From a virus: 52,634 nt of DNA. The number at the start of each line of letters is the position of its first letter. Within the stretch, counting starts at the first letter, position 1. The notes beneath the pieces are model-generated. The model worked only from the letters and a program-made list of their open reading frames with translations. It searched no databases and was not told the origin of the DNA. The position numbers and the translations under genes were made by a program. The DNA is taken from the IMG/VR virus record IMGVR_UViG_3300029487_000014, one strand, 5' to 3'. Shown in pieces: positions 16,530-26,500 of the stretch.

Positions 16530-17138
16530 TCATTCCGCAGGCGGGGTATAAACCCCAGCCGTAAACCTATAATTATAAAGTTTGCAGGATGTCCATTCAT
16601 CACCGGTATAATTCAGTACGGCAGAATGTAATTCAATCCTGTCCCCTCTGTAATGCTTCGTCCACGTAAGGTATACGATACTGGAGGAAACCTTTACCGA
16701 AATGGGATACAGCTCCGTCTTCTTGTAAATGCTCGTCCCGTACCATCCGATGACGGGGCGACTCGCGAGCACCGCTGCGAACAGGTCGGAAGGCTTGCCC
16801 ACCCTACTCAGCACAATGTCCACGCTCATACCGTCCGTCAACGCCGTATTCACGTAATAAGGCCCCGCCACGTACTCTTTCCCGTTAAACACGATGCTCT
16901 CCGCGTCCGTGGGGAAGAATAACGCCTGCGGGTTCGCACCCGTCAGCGACAAAGCCTGCGCCCGCGTCTTGCTCGCATACACCTTTAGTTTTTGCCCTAC
17001 TGCCGTGCTTGCCAATGGAATAACTCCGGAGGGAATATCGGCAGTATTACCGTTCACTTGCAAGCTACCTTCGTCCGGTAAATTCTCTCGTACATCGTCA
17101 ATGATGATTTCTGAATCTATTTCAAAATCCTTTCTCAT
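16530..17138 (-). CDS. Tail fibre-related protein (N-terminus paralogous to 17142..18572)
   Basis: GQKLKVYASKTRAQALSLTGANPQALFFPTDAESIVFNGKEY aligns with GQKLRVAVTKTSAQGKAAQSATPNLMSFSTDENSVWFNGKKY. Confidence 0.6.
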   Translation of the reverse strand: MRKDFEIDSEIIIDDVRENLPDEGSLQVNGNTADIPSGVIPLASTAVGQKLKVYASKTRAQALSLTGANPQALFFPTDAESIVFNGKEYVAGPYYVNTALTDGMSVDIVLSRVGKPSDLFAAVLASRPVIGWYGTSIYKKTELYPISVKVSSSIVYLTWTKHYRGDRIELHSAVLNYTGDEWTSCKLYNYRFTAGVYTPPAE

Positions 17139-17141
17139 AGT

Positions 17142-18572
17142 TTATTCGATTGTAATTCCTGCTGAATCTGAAGGTTTAACAATTCTTACACTAAACTGCG
17201 CATTATCCCAGTTGTCTCCACTACTTGCAGGGACACATTTTGCAATGACAATCCAGTCATTATTACCTGGATGAAGATATTTTACTATTACATTCCCAGA
17301 ATCAATTATACACACTGCCGATTTTTGAGATTGTATATTATTATGACCAGTTACTAATATTAGTTTTCCTGCATCAATGGCATTTCTAAAAGTAGACGGT
17401 GCCCCTAAAGCTGTTTTAAGTTGTTCTTGTGTAGGATTACTGTTTAGAGCGGTAAGTTCTCCTATGTTATAATATGAAATTACATCGGCTTTCTTTGCAT
17501 ACGTGTTGCTCGCATCCGTTTTCGATAGCTTTTCATCTTGCAATTTCTTACCCATCGCAGCCGAAAGGGGTTTGTTCGTTTCACTGGAAGTAAGATTATT
17601 GACTATTTCATCCTTAGCAACTACTACCCCAAGCTGTTCCCAGATTTCTTCAAAACTTGTATCCGTATCAGCTTTCTTCGCATAAGTGTTGCTTGCATCA
17701 CTCTTGGTAAGGTATGGAGTCAAGTCCACCGTACCCCCCAACGCATCCCAGTTGTCGTCGTTATGGTCGCTTGACGAAGTCGCTGTCACACAAACCACGT
17801 TTGTCCCTGCTGGGTATTTCTTGCCACCAAGCGTGAACTCATTCGTAACATTCCATACATCACCCACTTTCGCATCCGTCAAGGACAACACGTCGGATAT
17901 GTTTGTCTTAGTACCTTTCACCTTATACGGGGAACCAAGCCCGTTGATTCTGTCATTCAACGCTTTACCCTGTGCCGCTGATAAGGCTTTTGAAGTGTCA
18001 GTAGTGGTAAGGTTATTCACTACGTCTGTTTTCGCTAACTTTTCATCCTGCAATTTCTTACCCATTGCAGCCGAAAGAGCCTTGTTAGTCTCAGTAGAGG
18101 TCAGAGTATTCCTGATATCATCAACTATTAAATGAGATATAGTGGTCAACCCTGTCACTTTATTACTAGATACAGTAATAGTAAGTTTCTTTATTGACCT
18201 TGAATCTGAGCTTGGTACATAGAGTTGGAAAGTGTCATCCCCATCTTCATATTTTACTATCGTATTTCCAGAAATGGTATCTATGAAAAGTACACCTTTA
18301 TGGGCTAAATCATAAAGTTCAGAAGATTTACTGACATTCAAAGCAGACAATACCTGTTCTGCTGTTGAGTTAGTATTCAGGCTTGAAACATTATTAAATT
18401 TATGTACCCCATACTTCTTCCCATTAAACCACACACTGTTTTCATCGGTACTAAAACTCATTAGGTTTGGGGTAGCACTCTGTGCTGCCTTACCTTGTGC
18501 GGAAGTTTTTGTTACCGCTACTCTTAATTTTTGTCCGTTTGCTGCCATAATTTTATTTTTTAAGTTATTCAA
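17142..18572 (-). CDS. Tail fibre protein with internal repeats
   Basis: Repeated LTS(T/S)ETNK(A/P)LSAAMGKKLQDEKL(A/S)KTD and ASNTYAKKAD units. 476 aa. Confidence 0.75.
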   Translation of the reverse strand: MNNLKNKIMAANGQKLRVAVTKTSAQGKAAQSATPNLMSFSTDENSVWFNGKKYGVHKFNNVSSLNTNSTAEQVLSALNVSKSSELYDLAHKGVLFIDTISGNTIVKYEDGDDTFQLYVPSSDSRSIKKLTITVSSNKVTGLTTISHLIVDDIRNTLTSTETNKALSAAMGKKLQDEKLAKTDVVNNLTTTDTSKALSAAQGKALNDRINGLGSPYKVKGTKTNISDVLSLTDAKVGDVWNVTNEFTLGGKKYPAGTNVVCVTATSSSDHNDDNWDALGGTVDLTPYLTKSDASNTYAKKADTDTSFEEIWEQLGVVVAKDEIVNNLTSSETNKPLSAAMGKKLQDEKLSKTDASNTYAKKADVISYYNIGELTALNSNPTQEQLKTALGAPSTFRNAIDAGKLILVTGHNNIQSQKSAVCIIDSGNVIVKYLHPGNNDWIVIAKCVPASSGDNWDNAQFSVRIVKPSDSAGITIE

Positions 18573-20046
18573 TAATTATACTTTTTCCACCACCTCCGCC
18601 TTGTGTTTGGTGACGGAATATGATATAGTTGTTTCCAGATTGTTTGATTTCCCAACCTTCATAAGTTTCACTCATCCCATAGGCAAATGAAATGTAATCA
18701 TCCGAGCTGCCCGTCACGACATACGTCCTTTCATGGGCATCATCGCGCACGACCATGATTTCTGCTCCCCTTATCTTCGCCCACACTTCTTCCGTCAGCC
18801 CGAAAGCATCCAAATCCCCCTGCGTGCGCCCGCTGCCGATTTTCTTCTGAAGGACACCGAAGTCGAAAGCCGCGTATTCCGACGCCGACAAAGCCTCCTC
18901 CAGCACATCCTGCAATGGCCTGTCCGCCTCCTCGTCGAGCACACCGTCATAGCCGCCCACGCCCTTCACGTAAACCCGACCGTCATCCATCACCTCCAAG
19001 GCGTTGCGCCTGTCACTCTCCGACGTGCCTATCCCTATGCTGTGGCGCGTACCCGTATTGCTTACGTTATAGCACCCTTCGGCATGTTCACAGTCGTTTT
19101 CAACTATGGTACGAAGACCCTCGGCATGCCCGTAGTGCCCCTCCACGTCAGTACCTTTGCCCTCCGCGTGGCTCGCGTCACCGTTTGCGCTGCAACCTTG
19201 GCCTTCCGCGTGCGCGTAATCACCGGAAACGGTGTTATTCTCATAATCGTTGAAAATCTCGCCGCCGGTCACGCCATCCGCCGACCGGCCCACGCCGCCA
19301 CCGAGTCTTTCCCAAACGCCCCACGCGCCCTTCGCACACTTGCGCCAAAGCACGGCGTATTCCTCGCCCGAACGCGTCAACCTTTTTCCCGAATCGGCCG
19401 GCTTGAAGTATCCCCGCACCGACTGAAGCCATGTGTCCGTGTTATACCCTACCGGGATATTCTCCACCGTGAAAGGAGTACCCGTGATATCACCCCTGAA
19501 ATATCCCGCCTTCGCAATGCCCTCCGCGCCGGAAGTATGAAGCCCGTCCAGCAACGTGTTCATTTCTTCTTCGCTCGTCATGCTCCCCAACCATTTGTGC
19601 GGGTCGTGAAGCGCGTCGCTGTCCTCTGAAGTACCCTGAAGACGTTTTATAAGTTTAGTTTGCAAATTGATTGAAAGAGTAGTAATAGCTCGCTGGCTAA
19701 TAGGAAACTGTACAGAGGTACCTAACTCTTGTAAGCACTCATATAATTTAATGCTTTTCCAGCTATTATTCATATCATTGTATAATATACATATGCCATA
19801 ATAGCGTATTGTAATACTACTAAAATTGCTATATACGCCAGGTTTATTAGCAAAATAAAATACAGGACCATCAGGCACACCGGGATTAGTAGCAGGAGTA
19901 GCAATTCCAGCAAATGTAGAATTTTCTCCTACAGAACTTACTATATTATTAAGTACATTCTGGAGAAGTTGTCCTGTTATTTCTTGATTTCCATTAGTCT
20001 TTATGATATTAGCGATTGCTGCTTTTAAAGTACTCCAATTTGCCAT
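18565..20046 (-). CDS. Tail fibre / receptor-binding protein; chimeric, with an AT-rich N-terminus and a GC-rich distal domain
   Basis: Repeated (A/S/G/E)HAEG motifs: GDYAHAEGQGCSANGDASHAEGKGTDVEGHYGHAEGLRTIVENDCEHAEG. 493 aa. Confidence 0.75.
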   Translation of the reverse strand: MANWSTLKAAIANIIKTNGNQEITGQLLQNVLNNIVSSVGENSTFAGIATPATNPGVPDGPVFYFANKPGVYSNFSSITIRYYGICILYNDMNNSWKSIKLYECLQELGTSVQFPISQRAITTLSINLQTKLIKRLQGTSEDSDALHDPHKWLGSMTSEEEMNTLLDGLHTSGAEGIAKAGYFRGDITGTPFTVENIPVGYNTDTWLQSVRGYFKPADSGKRLTRSGEEYAVLWRKCAKGAWGVWERLGGGVGRSADGVTGGEIFNDYENNTVSGDYAHAEGQGCSANGDASHAEGKGTDVEGHYGHAEGLRTIVENDCEHAEGCYNVSNTGTRHSIGIGTSESDRRNALEVMDDGRVYVKGVGGYDGVLDEEADRPLQDVLEEALSASEYAAFDFGVLQKKIGSGRTQGDLDAFGLTEEVWAKIRGAEIMVVRDDAHERTYVVTGSSDDYISFAYGMSETYEGWEIKQSGNNYIIFRHQTQGGGGGKSIIIE

Positions 20047-20049
20047 ATA

Positions 20050-20904
20050 TTATTCTGTTTTAAAATCATTATTAAAATCATCATTAAAATCACCGCCTAG
20101 TAATTCAGGCTCATAGCCTCCGATGTTGGCAATCACAGTATCTGTCTCAAATTCACATTCTACAAACGCTAAATCTCCTTGGTCTTCCCATTCAGGCTCC
20201 ATGCTAAATGTAGTCAAATCATAGGTTTGCAATTTACTTGTAATTCGTTTGCTTTCACATAGTCTTACAATTCTAAGTGCATCACATAGATATTCAGGAG
20301 CTACGAATGTAAACTTATAAATCTTTTTGCTTACTTGGCTCTCAATAAATGTATAGCCCATCCGCTCAGTAGCTTCTTCTTCAAAGTCATATTCAGGTTT
20401 GCCAATTTGTGTATTTAAGTAGCACCTGAATTTGAAATTGTCAGAAAAATCTACTACGCCATTTTTAAGCTCAAAGTTATATGAATTGTAATACTCAAGA
20501 AGCAGATAATCATCTACTTTATTAGTTACAGTAAATACGTCAGAGTATATAGTTCCTAAACCTGATATTGAAATCGCTAAATAATATAAACCTTCATGCT
20601 TTATTTCAACTATAGGAAGAGTACCAGGATATTTAAGAAGCTTGAAGCCAGTATATGGCTTGATAGTCAGGCCATTTTCTTTCATGCTTGTTGTTATAGC
20701 GGTGTAAGTTCCTGTATTGAAATTATATAATCTCACCCAGTTTATAGATGTTCCATTAGCAAGAACTACTTGAAAAGGCAATAACATATTCTTATAGGTT
20801 ATTAGCGGATAAACTTGACCAAAAGCATAATCTTTACGATGATTTTGCAATACAAGATTATCGTAAAAAGGCAATGGTGATATGTTATTATTTACTAACT
20901 TCAT
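20050..20904 (-). CDS. Tail / baseplate-associated protein (call from position only)
   Basis: 284-aa ORF between the large tail protein and the fibres. Confidence 0.5.
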   Translation of the reverse strand: MKLVNNNISPLPFYDNLVLQNHRKDYAFGQVYPLITYKNMLLPFQVVLANGTSINWVRLYNFNTGTYTAITTSMKENGLTIKPYTGFKLLKYPGTLPIVEIKHEGLYYLAISISGLGTIYSDVFTVTNKVDDYLLLEYYNSYNFELKNGVVDFSDNFKFRCYLNTQIGKPEYDFEEEATERMGYTFIESQVSKKIYKFTFVAPEYLCDALRIVRLCESKRITSKLQTYDLTTFSMEPEWEDQGDLAFVECEFETDTVIANIGGYEPELLGGDFNDDFNNDFKTE

Positions 20905-20945
20905 ATTGCGAATATAATAAAAATCTCCGTAAAAAGAAAATTTAT
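20905..20945 (-). promoter_or_regulatory. Promoter-like TATATTCG box (20909-20916) only 4 nt upstream of the ATG; possible leaderless transcript
   Basis: The minus-sense sequence reads TTATTATATTCGCAATATG. Confidence 0.3.
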
Positions 20946-20967
20946 TAACAATTTTTAATGCTTAACT

Positions 20968-23565
20968 CTATTGAGGCTGATATACTAATTTTATCTTTGC
21001 CATTCTAGTATCAACATTCACAGAATACTCATCTATTTTACCATTTCCTATGGTAGTTTTGATAAGTTTTTTTACATCTAAATCTTCTTTTATAGGAATT
21101 TCTATAGAGTGCTCCATACATAGCTTAATGCCACTGACAGTTAAACTATCTAGAGCATTACACTCAATATTATGTGCTGGCATATCATACATATAAAATC
21201 GTAATAAGTATGGCCATGACGCATACCAATTCTGAGCCACTATTTTATAATTATTATTGTCTTCATCTACGAGAGTTGATTCTACAATTGGCAGTGTATA
21301 AACAGAATTGCTTTTTACAGGACATAATAATGCAAAGCCATCTTCTGAAAAATCAGAAGGGTTAAGTAGCATATAATCTACATCAGATGAAAACCGGCTT
21401 ATATTTATTTCTTCATTTTTATCTTTTTGTACATAGTTAGAATTTACATCTATTGTGATTCCTCCAAATGCTTCGGCCGCATTATCCATCCACCCGAATT
21501 CATACCGAGAATTAAGCTCAGATTTATCATATTCTATTTCTGATTGGAAATATGATACTGATTTTTTATTAAACTGGTCAGTTAATTTTGTAGCATCCAG
21601 TTGTATAGCGCTACTATTTAAATAAGAACCACCTTTCATAAAAAAGCTTATGTGCTCTATTTTTAATTTATTATTCTCTATATACCAATAGCATCTGAAG
21701 CAATCGCGCAACATTTTCATAACGTCACTGAATGATATTTCTGCTTTTTGTGCTGGCTGGTCATACTGCCCTTTTAGAATATTTGTTTTTTGAGTAATAT
21801 ACACGTAAAACCTATTCATATTAATAGGCACATTTTCATCATATAAGAAACGGCTATATTCTGGTGTAGCTTCATGCTTGATTGAAGAATCTATTTTATT
21901 AAGAAGAACTTTTATAACAGACGCTATAGAATAACTATCCTTGAGTACTATATTGCTTCTTAATTTTTCTTCTAGCGCATAATATTGGGTATCATATACA
22001 TACCATATAGACGCATTAACCCATTGGCTTCTACAAATAGGTATAGGCCTTCCTATTCCTGTTGATGATGGTATAAATTTATTCGTAAAATACTGACCAT
22101 GGTCATTTAAGCCGTATCTAGTTGGTACAGAAGAATATATAGCTTTGCAGTATATAAATGCGTAGCCAGAAAGTCCTATACATTTTTTATAATTAGAACT
22201 ATCTGATATGTCATTAATTGGAATATCATACGTACTTTTTATTCCTTCTGAATCTTCTATAGAATCTGCATTTAGCAAAATTCGTCTATATAATATGTAG
22301 GCAAATATATTACTTATAACCGGATTTTCACTTAACCCTTCTGCTACTGGAATCATTTTTATATCACCAGTATCAGGCGGTATATATAATCTATCATTGC
22401 TAATTTCAGATGTACTACCTGCATATGATATTTTTATGTCATTTTCAGATTTGAACATAATTTTTCCATCAGAAATTCTTTTTATGTATACACGCGCAAA
22501 TCCTAAAAATGATTCAGATATATCTGCATATATAGAATAATAGCCACTCTCACATATATAGTTATTACTAGTGCCTGCATAAGTGCCTTCGAGACCTATT
22601 ATAGATGAGCCATGCACATGCATTTCATTGCATGACCTAATAAATGAAAAATGTAAATCATTTACTAGTTTAGAATGGTCATCTACTACTTCATTAGTAT
22701 CAACTTCCCAATAAGTTCCTCCTAAAAAATTAGAAATAGACGATGCTCCTCTTACATATATCTGTATCAATGGCCTTATAGACATGTTTATTTTTTCTAT
22801 TTCAGGAGCCAATTTTATAAGGTCGTATGTATTCTCATAGTTGTTTAATACATTAGTATAATTATCAATAGCAGTTGTCTTAAGTTCACATAACTTTTTA
22901 GACCTATCAAATTTACAATCGGTTTTATTAAATTCGCCTTTGTAATATACAGAATATCTCCTTGGCTTTATAGAATTCTCATCGTATTTTTCTATAATAA
23001 ATGCACCACTATCTTCTAAGCTAAAACCATTTATGAATTCATAGTCATCCCCGAATACATTTAATTTTCCATCTAATGATTCTCTGAAAAACTCTTGCCC
23101 GTTTTCTTTAGCATATTTTTTGCTGAGTTCTTTGTAATGAAGTGTTATTAACTTTAATTCATATATAGGACTTTTAGTATTATTTATAGATTCTTTGAAG
23201 TCATTATCATCTTTTGCGTATGTATATGCTATATAAGCAGTATTATCAGGAATTTTTACAATAGAATGCCCTACTGCATCTCCTATATTGCCAGAATTTA
23301 AGCGCTGATTATATGTATAATATCCTATATAATTATTATCCTTATCATAATAATATAACCCGCAGTTATAAAAACTAGATGCTTGACCTTGTATAGCATC
23401 AAAATATATGTAATTACATTGTTTTTTTACATCTATTGTGTTAGAAGCAATTATGTTTTCATTAACATAATAGTCTCCTGTGTCTTTATTTATGTCATAG
23501 CCTGAATTTACAATAAATCCATACTTATGAAAGCCAACGTAAAAATTATATTTAGGAAGTACCAT
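20968..23565 (-). CDS. Large distal-tail / baseplate hub protein (call from position only)
   Basis: 865-aa ORF immediately downstream of the tape measure gene. Confidence 0.55.
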   Translation of the reverse strand: MVLPKYNFYVGFHKYGFIVNSGYDINKDTGDYYVNENIIASNTIDVKKQCNYIYFDAIQGQASSFYNCGLYYYDKDNNYIGYYTYNQRLNSGNIGDAVGHSIVKIPDNTAYIAYTYAKDDNDFKESINNTKSPIYELKLITLHYKELSKKYAKENGQEFFRESLDGKLNVFGDDYEFINGFSLEDSGAFIIEKYDENSIKPRRYSVYYKGEFNKTDCKFDRSKKLCELKTTAIDNYTNVLNNYENTYDLIKLAPEIEKINMSIRPLIQIYVRGASSISNFLGGTYWEVDTNEVVDDHSKLVNDLHFSFIRSCNEMHVHGSSIIGLEGTYAGTSNNYICESGYYSIYADISESFLGFARVYIKRISDGKIMFKSENDIKISYAGSTSEISNDRLYIPPDTGDIKMIPVAEGLSENPVISNIFAYILYRRILLNADSIEDSEGIKSTYDIPINDISDSSNYKKCIGLSGYAFIYCKAIYSSVPTRYGLNDHGQYFTNKFIPSSTGIGRPIPICRSQWVNASIWYVYDTQYYALEEKLRSNIVLKDSYSIASVIKVLLNKIDSSIKHEATPEYSRFLYDENVPINMNRFYVYITQKTNILKGQYDQPAQKAEISFSDVMKMLRDCFRCYWYIENNKLKIEHISFFMKGGSYLNSSAIQLDATKLTDQFNKKSVSYFQSEIEYDKSELNSRYEFGWMDNAAEAFGGITIDVNSNYVQKDKNEEINISRFSSDVDYMLLNPSDFSEDGFALLCPVKSNSVYTLPIVESTLVDEDNNNYKIVAQNWYASWPYLLRFYMYDMPAHNIECNALDSLTVSGIKLCMEHSIEIPIKEDLDVKKLIKTTIGNGKIDEYSVNVDTRMAKIKLVYQPQ

Positions 23566-23570
23566 AGTTT

Positions 23571-26500
23571 TTAATTTTTGATTATACGCTTAACATTTTT
23601 ATGCTGTATCACGACTATACCATTTGGCATAGTATAATACTTTGTTTCATTCTGCTTTCTAATACTTCTCACATCATCCTCTATTTTTGAAAGGTCCATG
23701 TTTCCATTGGAATTAAGAGAAATACTTTGCCCATCTGAACTGGCAAATGCATTAAGATATTTATCTTCAAATGTTCCTTTGTTTAGGCTATTAATAACAT
23801 CCGGAAGTATCTTTTTATATTTCCTAGTTCGCTTCTTACTTATAATAGCGAGTGCTTCTCCACCTTCAGCTTTCATTCTATGCTTCTTCTTATTCTTTAC
23901 GCCCAAATCGATGTCATCACCTGATGCATGAGAGCCTCCTTCCAAGAACTCAAGACCTCCTTCCCCATATTCATCAGATTGGCTCGCTGTTACTTGTTTG
24001 GCTTTAATTTTAGCTACTGCAAATGATGTCCACATTGTAGCAATAGCAGCTAATGCGAGAGCTGGGCCAACAATAGGAATTGAAGAGAATGAACTCCACA
24101 AATTAGCAGATGCTGTGACAAGCGAAGATGCCTGAGTAACAGTGTTCATTGCTTCTTGACGTTTTTGGGCTGCCTGCAGCATTTTTTGTTTTTCTTGCTG
24201 ATTTTTCTTTTCTTGCTCTAATTCTTTTTTAGCAGTAGCTACGTTATTAGCGTAGCCATTATTGCGAGCCTCAACCTCGGCATCATAAGCTTTTTGTGCG
24301 GCCTCTACTCGAGCTTCAGCTGCTTCTACAGCCTGTTCAGCTAATTCAACTTCGGCATCCATAATGGATTGAAGCTGTTCTATTACTATATTTACAGCAT
24401 CTTTTAGGGCATCAATCTGGTCATCATCAAAGCCAAGTTTCTCAAGCAAAGTACCGCCTAAACCTTTTTTGCCAATGTTTTTAATAAAATCATCAAGTTC
24501 TGACAGTTCACGGTCTATGCCTTTAACAGTGGCTTTAGCAGCATCAATCTGGGCTTGACTCCAATCTAATCCACCAACTTCTGCTAAACGTATTTGTTCT
24601 TGCCATCTAGCTTTTTCTTGTTCAAGCTTAAATCGAGTTATCTCAGTTTCACTGCGTTTAACTTCATTAAATACAGCCTCGTCAAGAGCTTGTTGTTCAT
24701 CAAAGCTGGTCATTTGGAATGACCCTTTAGTTTGAGCTGCAGACTTATCAAACTGTGCATTTATTACAGATGTACTTACTTGCTGTTCTGCAGGTTTAGC
24801 AGCATTTTGTGCTAAAGCTAATTGTCTACGTACTTCATTTTGCTGAAGTAGCAGATTAAGTTCATCTTCACTGCCTTTTTTAACAAGCTCAAGCTGATTT
24901 TCAATATCGCGCTCTCTTGCATCTAAGATTTTCTGGTCATACTCACTCCACAACTCAAGTTTTTTCTTGTTGAGCTCAATAAGTATTTCTTCTTCAGAAC
25001 GAGCTTGGTCATCTCCTGCCTCTAATAATCTCTTATTAGTATCAAGTATCAAAGCATATTCCAAATCAAGATTTTCTTCCATAAGCTTACGCTCTTCTAC
25101 TAATGAGGCTTCCATCTGAGAAGCATAACGCGTAACTACTACATTGGTAGTTACAGTAGACTCTTGATTTTGAGCTGCTTCAGTTGCTGCGCTAGTATCA
25201 GTAGGATTTATAGTATTACGCTGCGCCTGCAAAGAAGCAACTTTTTGCTCATTCTGAATTTGTTGTAACTGAAGGTCTAATGCTCGTAAATTATTAGCAA
25301 TAGTTTTAGTTATAAGCTCTTGCTGCCTATCAATTTGTTTCTTTTGGTCCTCAGTAAGCTTTTTATATTTTCCATCTACATTTTTAACATATTCTTCGTT
25401 AAGACGATACATCTCACGAAGCTTGTTATTTTCATCCTGGACCTGGTCAGCTGCAGCTTTACGCCTTTTAGCATATTCATCTTTAAGTAATTCAGTTACA
25501 CTCTCCTCGTACTCTCTTTGTATTTTTATGTCATTCTGGTTTATAGTACGAGTTAAATCGCGCGGTTCTCTTGTACGAGTACGTGTTTTGGTAGTTTTAT
25601 GTTTTCCTTCAACGCCTGCTGCGTCAAGTTCAGCTTTTGCGGCTTTTTCATATCCAGCAGCTAAGTCAAAGTATGCATCTCCTGTTTTCTCTGCAGCATC
25701 TGCTTCATCGTTAAGGTCTTTAATTCTTTGTTGCTTAAAATCTTCTGCAGATATTTGGTCAGCTATTTGTAAGTTAGCCATAGATGGTCCCATGCCATAT
25801 TCATCAGTGGCTCGCAAACTAGATTGTACCCACCAGTTTTTGAATTTATCCCAACCAGATGGACCTTTACCTGCTTCTGTTTCTGCTTTATTTCTAGCAA
25901 TTAAAGCTTTTTCATACTCATCAGCAGCTAACTTTTGAGCAGCAGCAGCTTTAGCCCTTAATTTAAGAGCATTGATTACAGCTTCAGTATTATTTACAAA
26001 TATGTTTTCAGCATCTGTTACATTATTAACAGATACTCCAAGTTGGTCAAAATTAGATTTATTATCTTTAATCCACTGGTCTTTCTTAGCAGTAGTTTCA
26101 AGATTTTTCCATTCTTGCTGTAATTGCTTTAGTGTTACAATGTTATTACCATAGCTGTTATTAGTATCTTCAAGTTCTTTGGCTATATTATCAAGGGCTT
26201 CAGTTGTAGATATAACAGCATTTTTTGCTTTGAATAAGTTACCAACCCACTCTATAATCTGTTTACCAAACATGGAAAATACAGTAAGCAATATAACAAG
26301 CACAGTATTCCAGCTAAACAAAGCTTTAACTATAGAACCTGTTACACTTACAGTTGCTTTACCTTCTGCTTGTAAAAGTTTATTCTGAGCACGTAATCTG
26401 TTAACTTCATCAACTACCATAGGTATATTATTCGATATACCTAAGAAGAATGTATTAAGCGATACAGCTGCAGCAGGTAATTCTCGTACTACTTGAGAAA

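Noticed and set aside
16190-16603. A 137-aa alternative-frame ORF overlapping both the holin-like gene and the end of the fibre-related gene.
   Set aside because: It overlaps two better-supported genes in GC-rich DNA. The 16177..16512 frame gives clear transmembrane helices and fits the gene spacing without overlap.
17490-18115. The internal fibre-gene repeats considered as the template and variable repeats of a diversity-generating retroelement.
   Set aside because: No reverse transcriptase gene is present in the genome. Both repeats are in frame within the same gene. The mismatches between copies involve all four bases rather than being adenine-specific.
18733-19629. A 298-aa + strand ORF, with the nested 18915..19253 and 19241..19432 ORFs, antisense or out of frame to the tail-fibre gene.
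   Set aside because: Same artefact of the segment of up to about 65% GC. The translations are Arg/Pro/His-rich low-complexity sequence, whereas the - strand frame encodes recognisable xHAEG fibre repeats.
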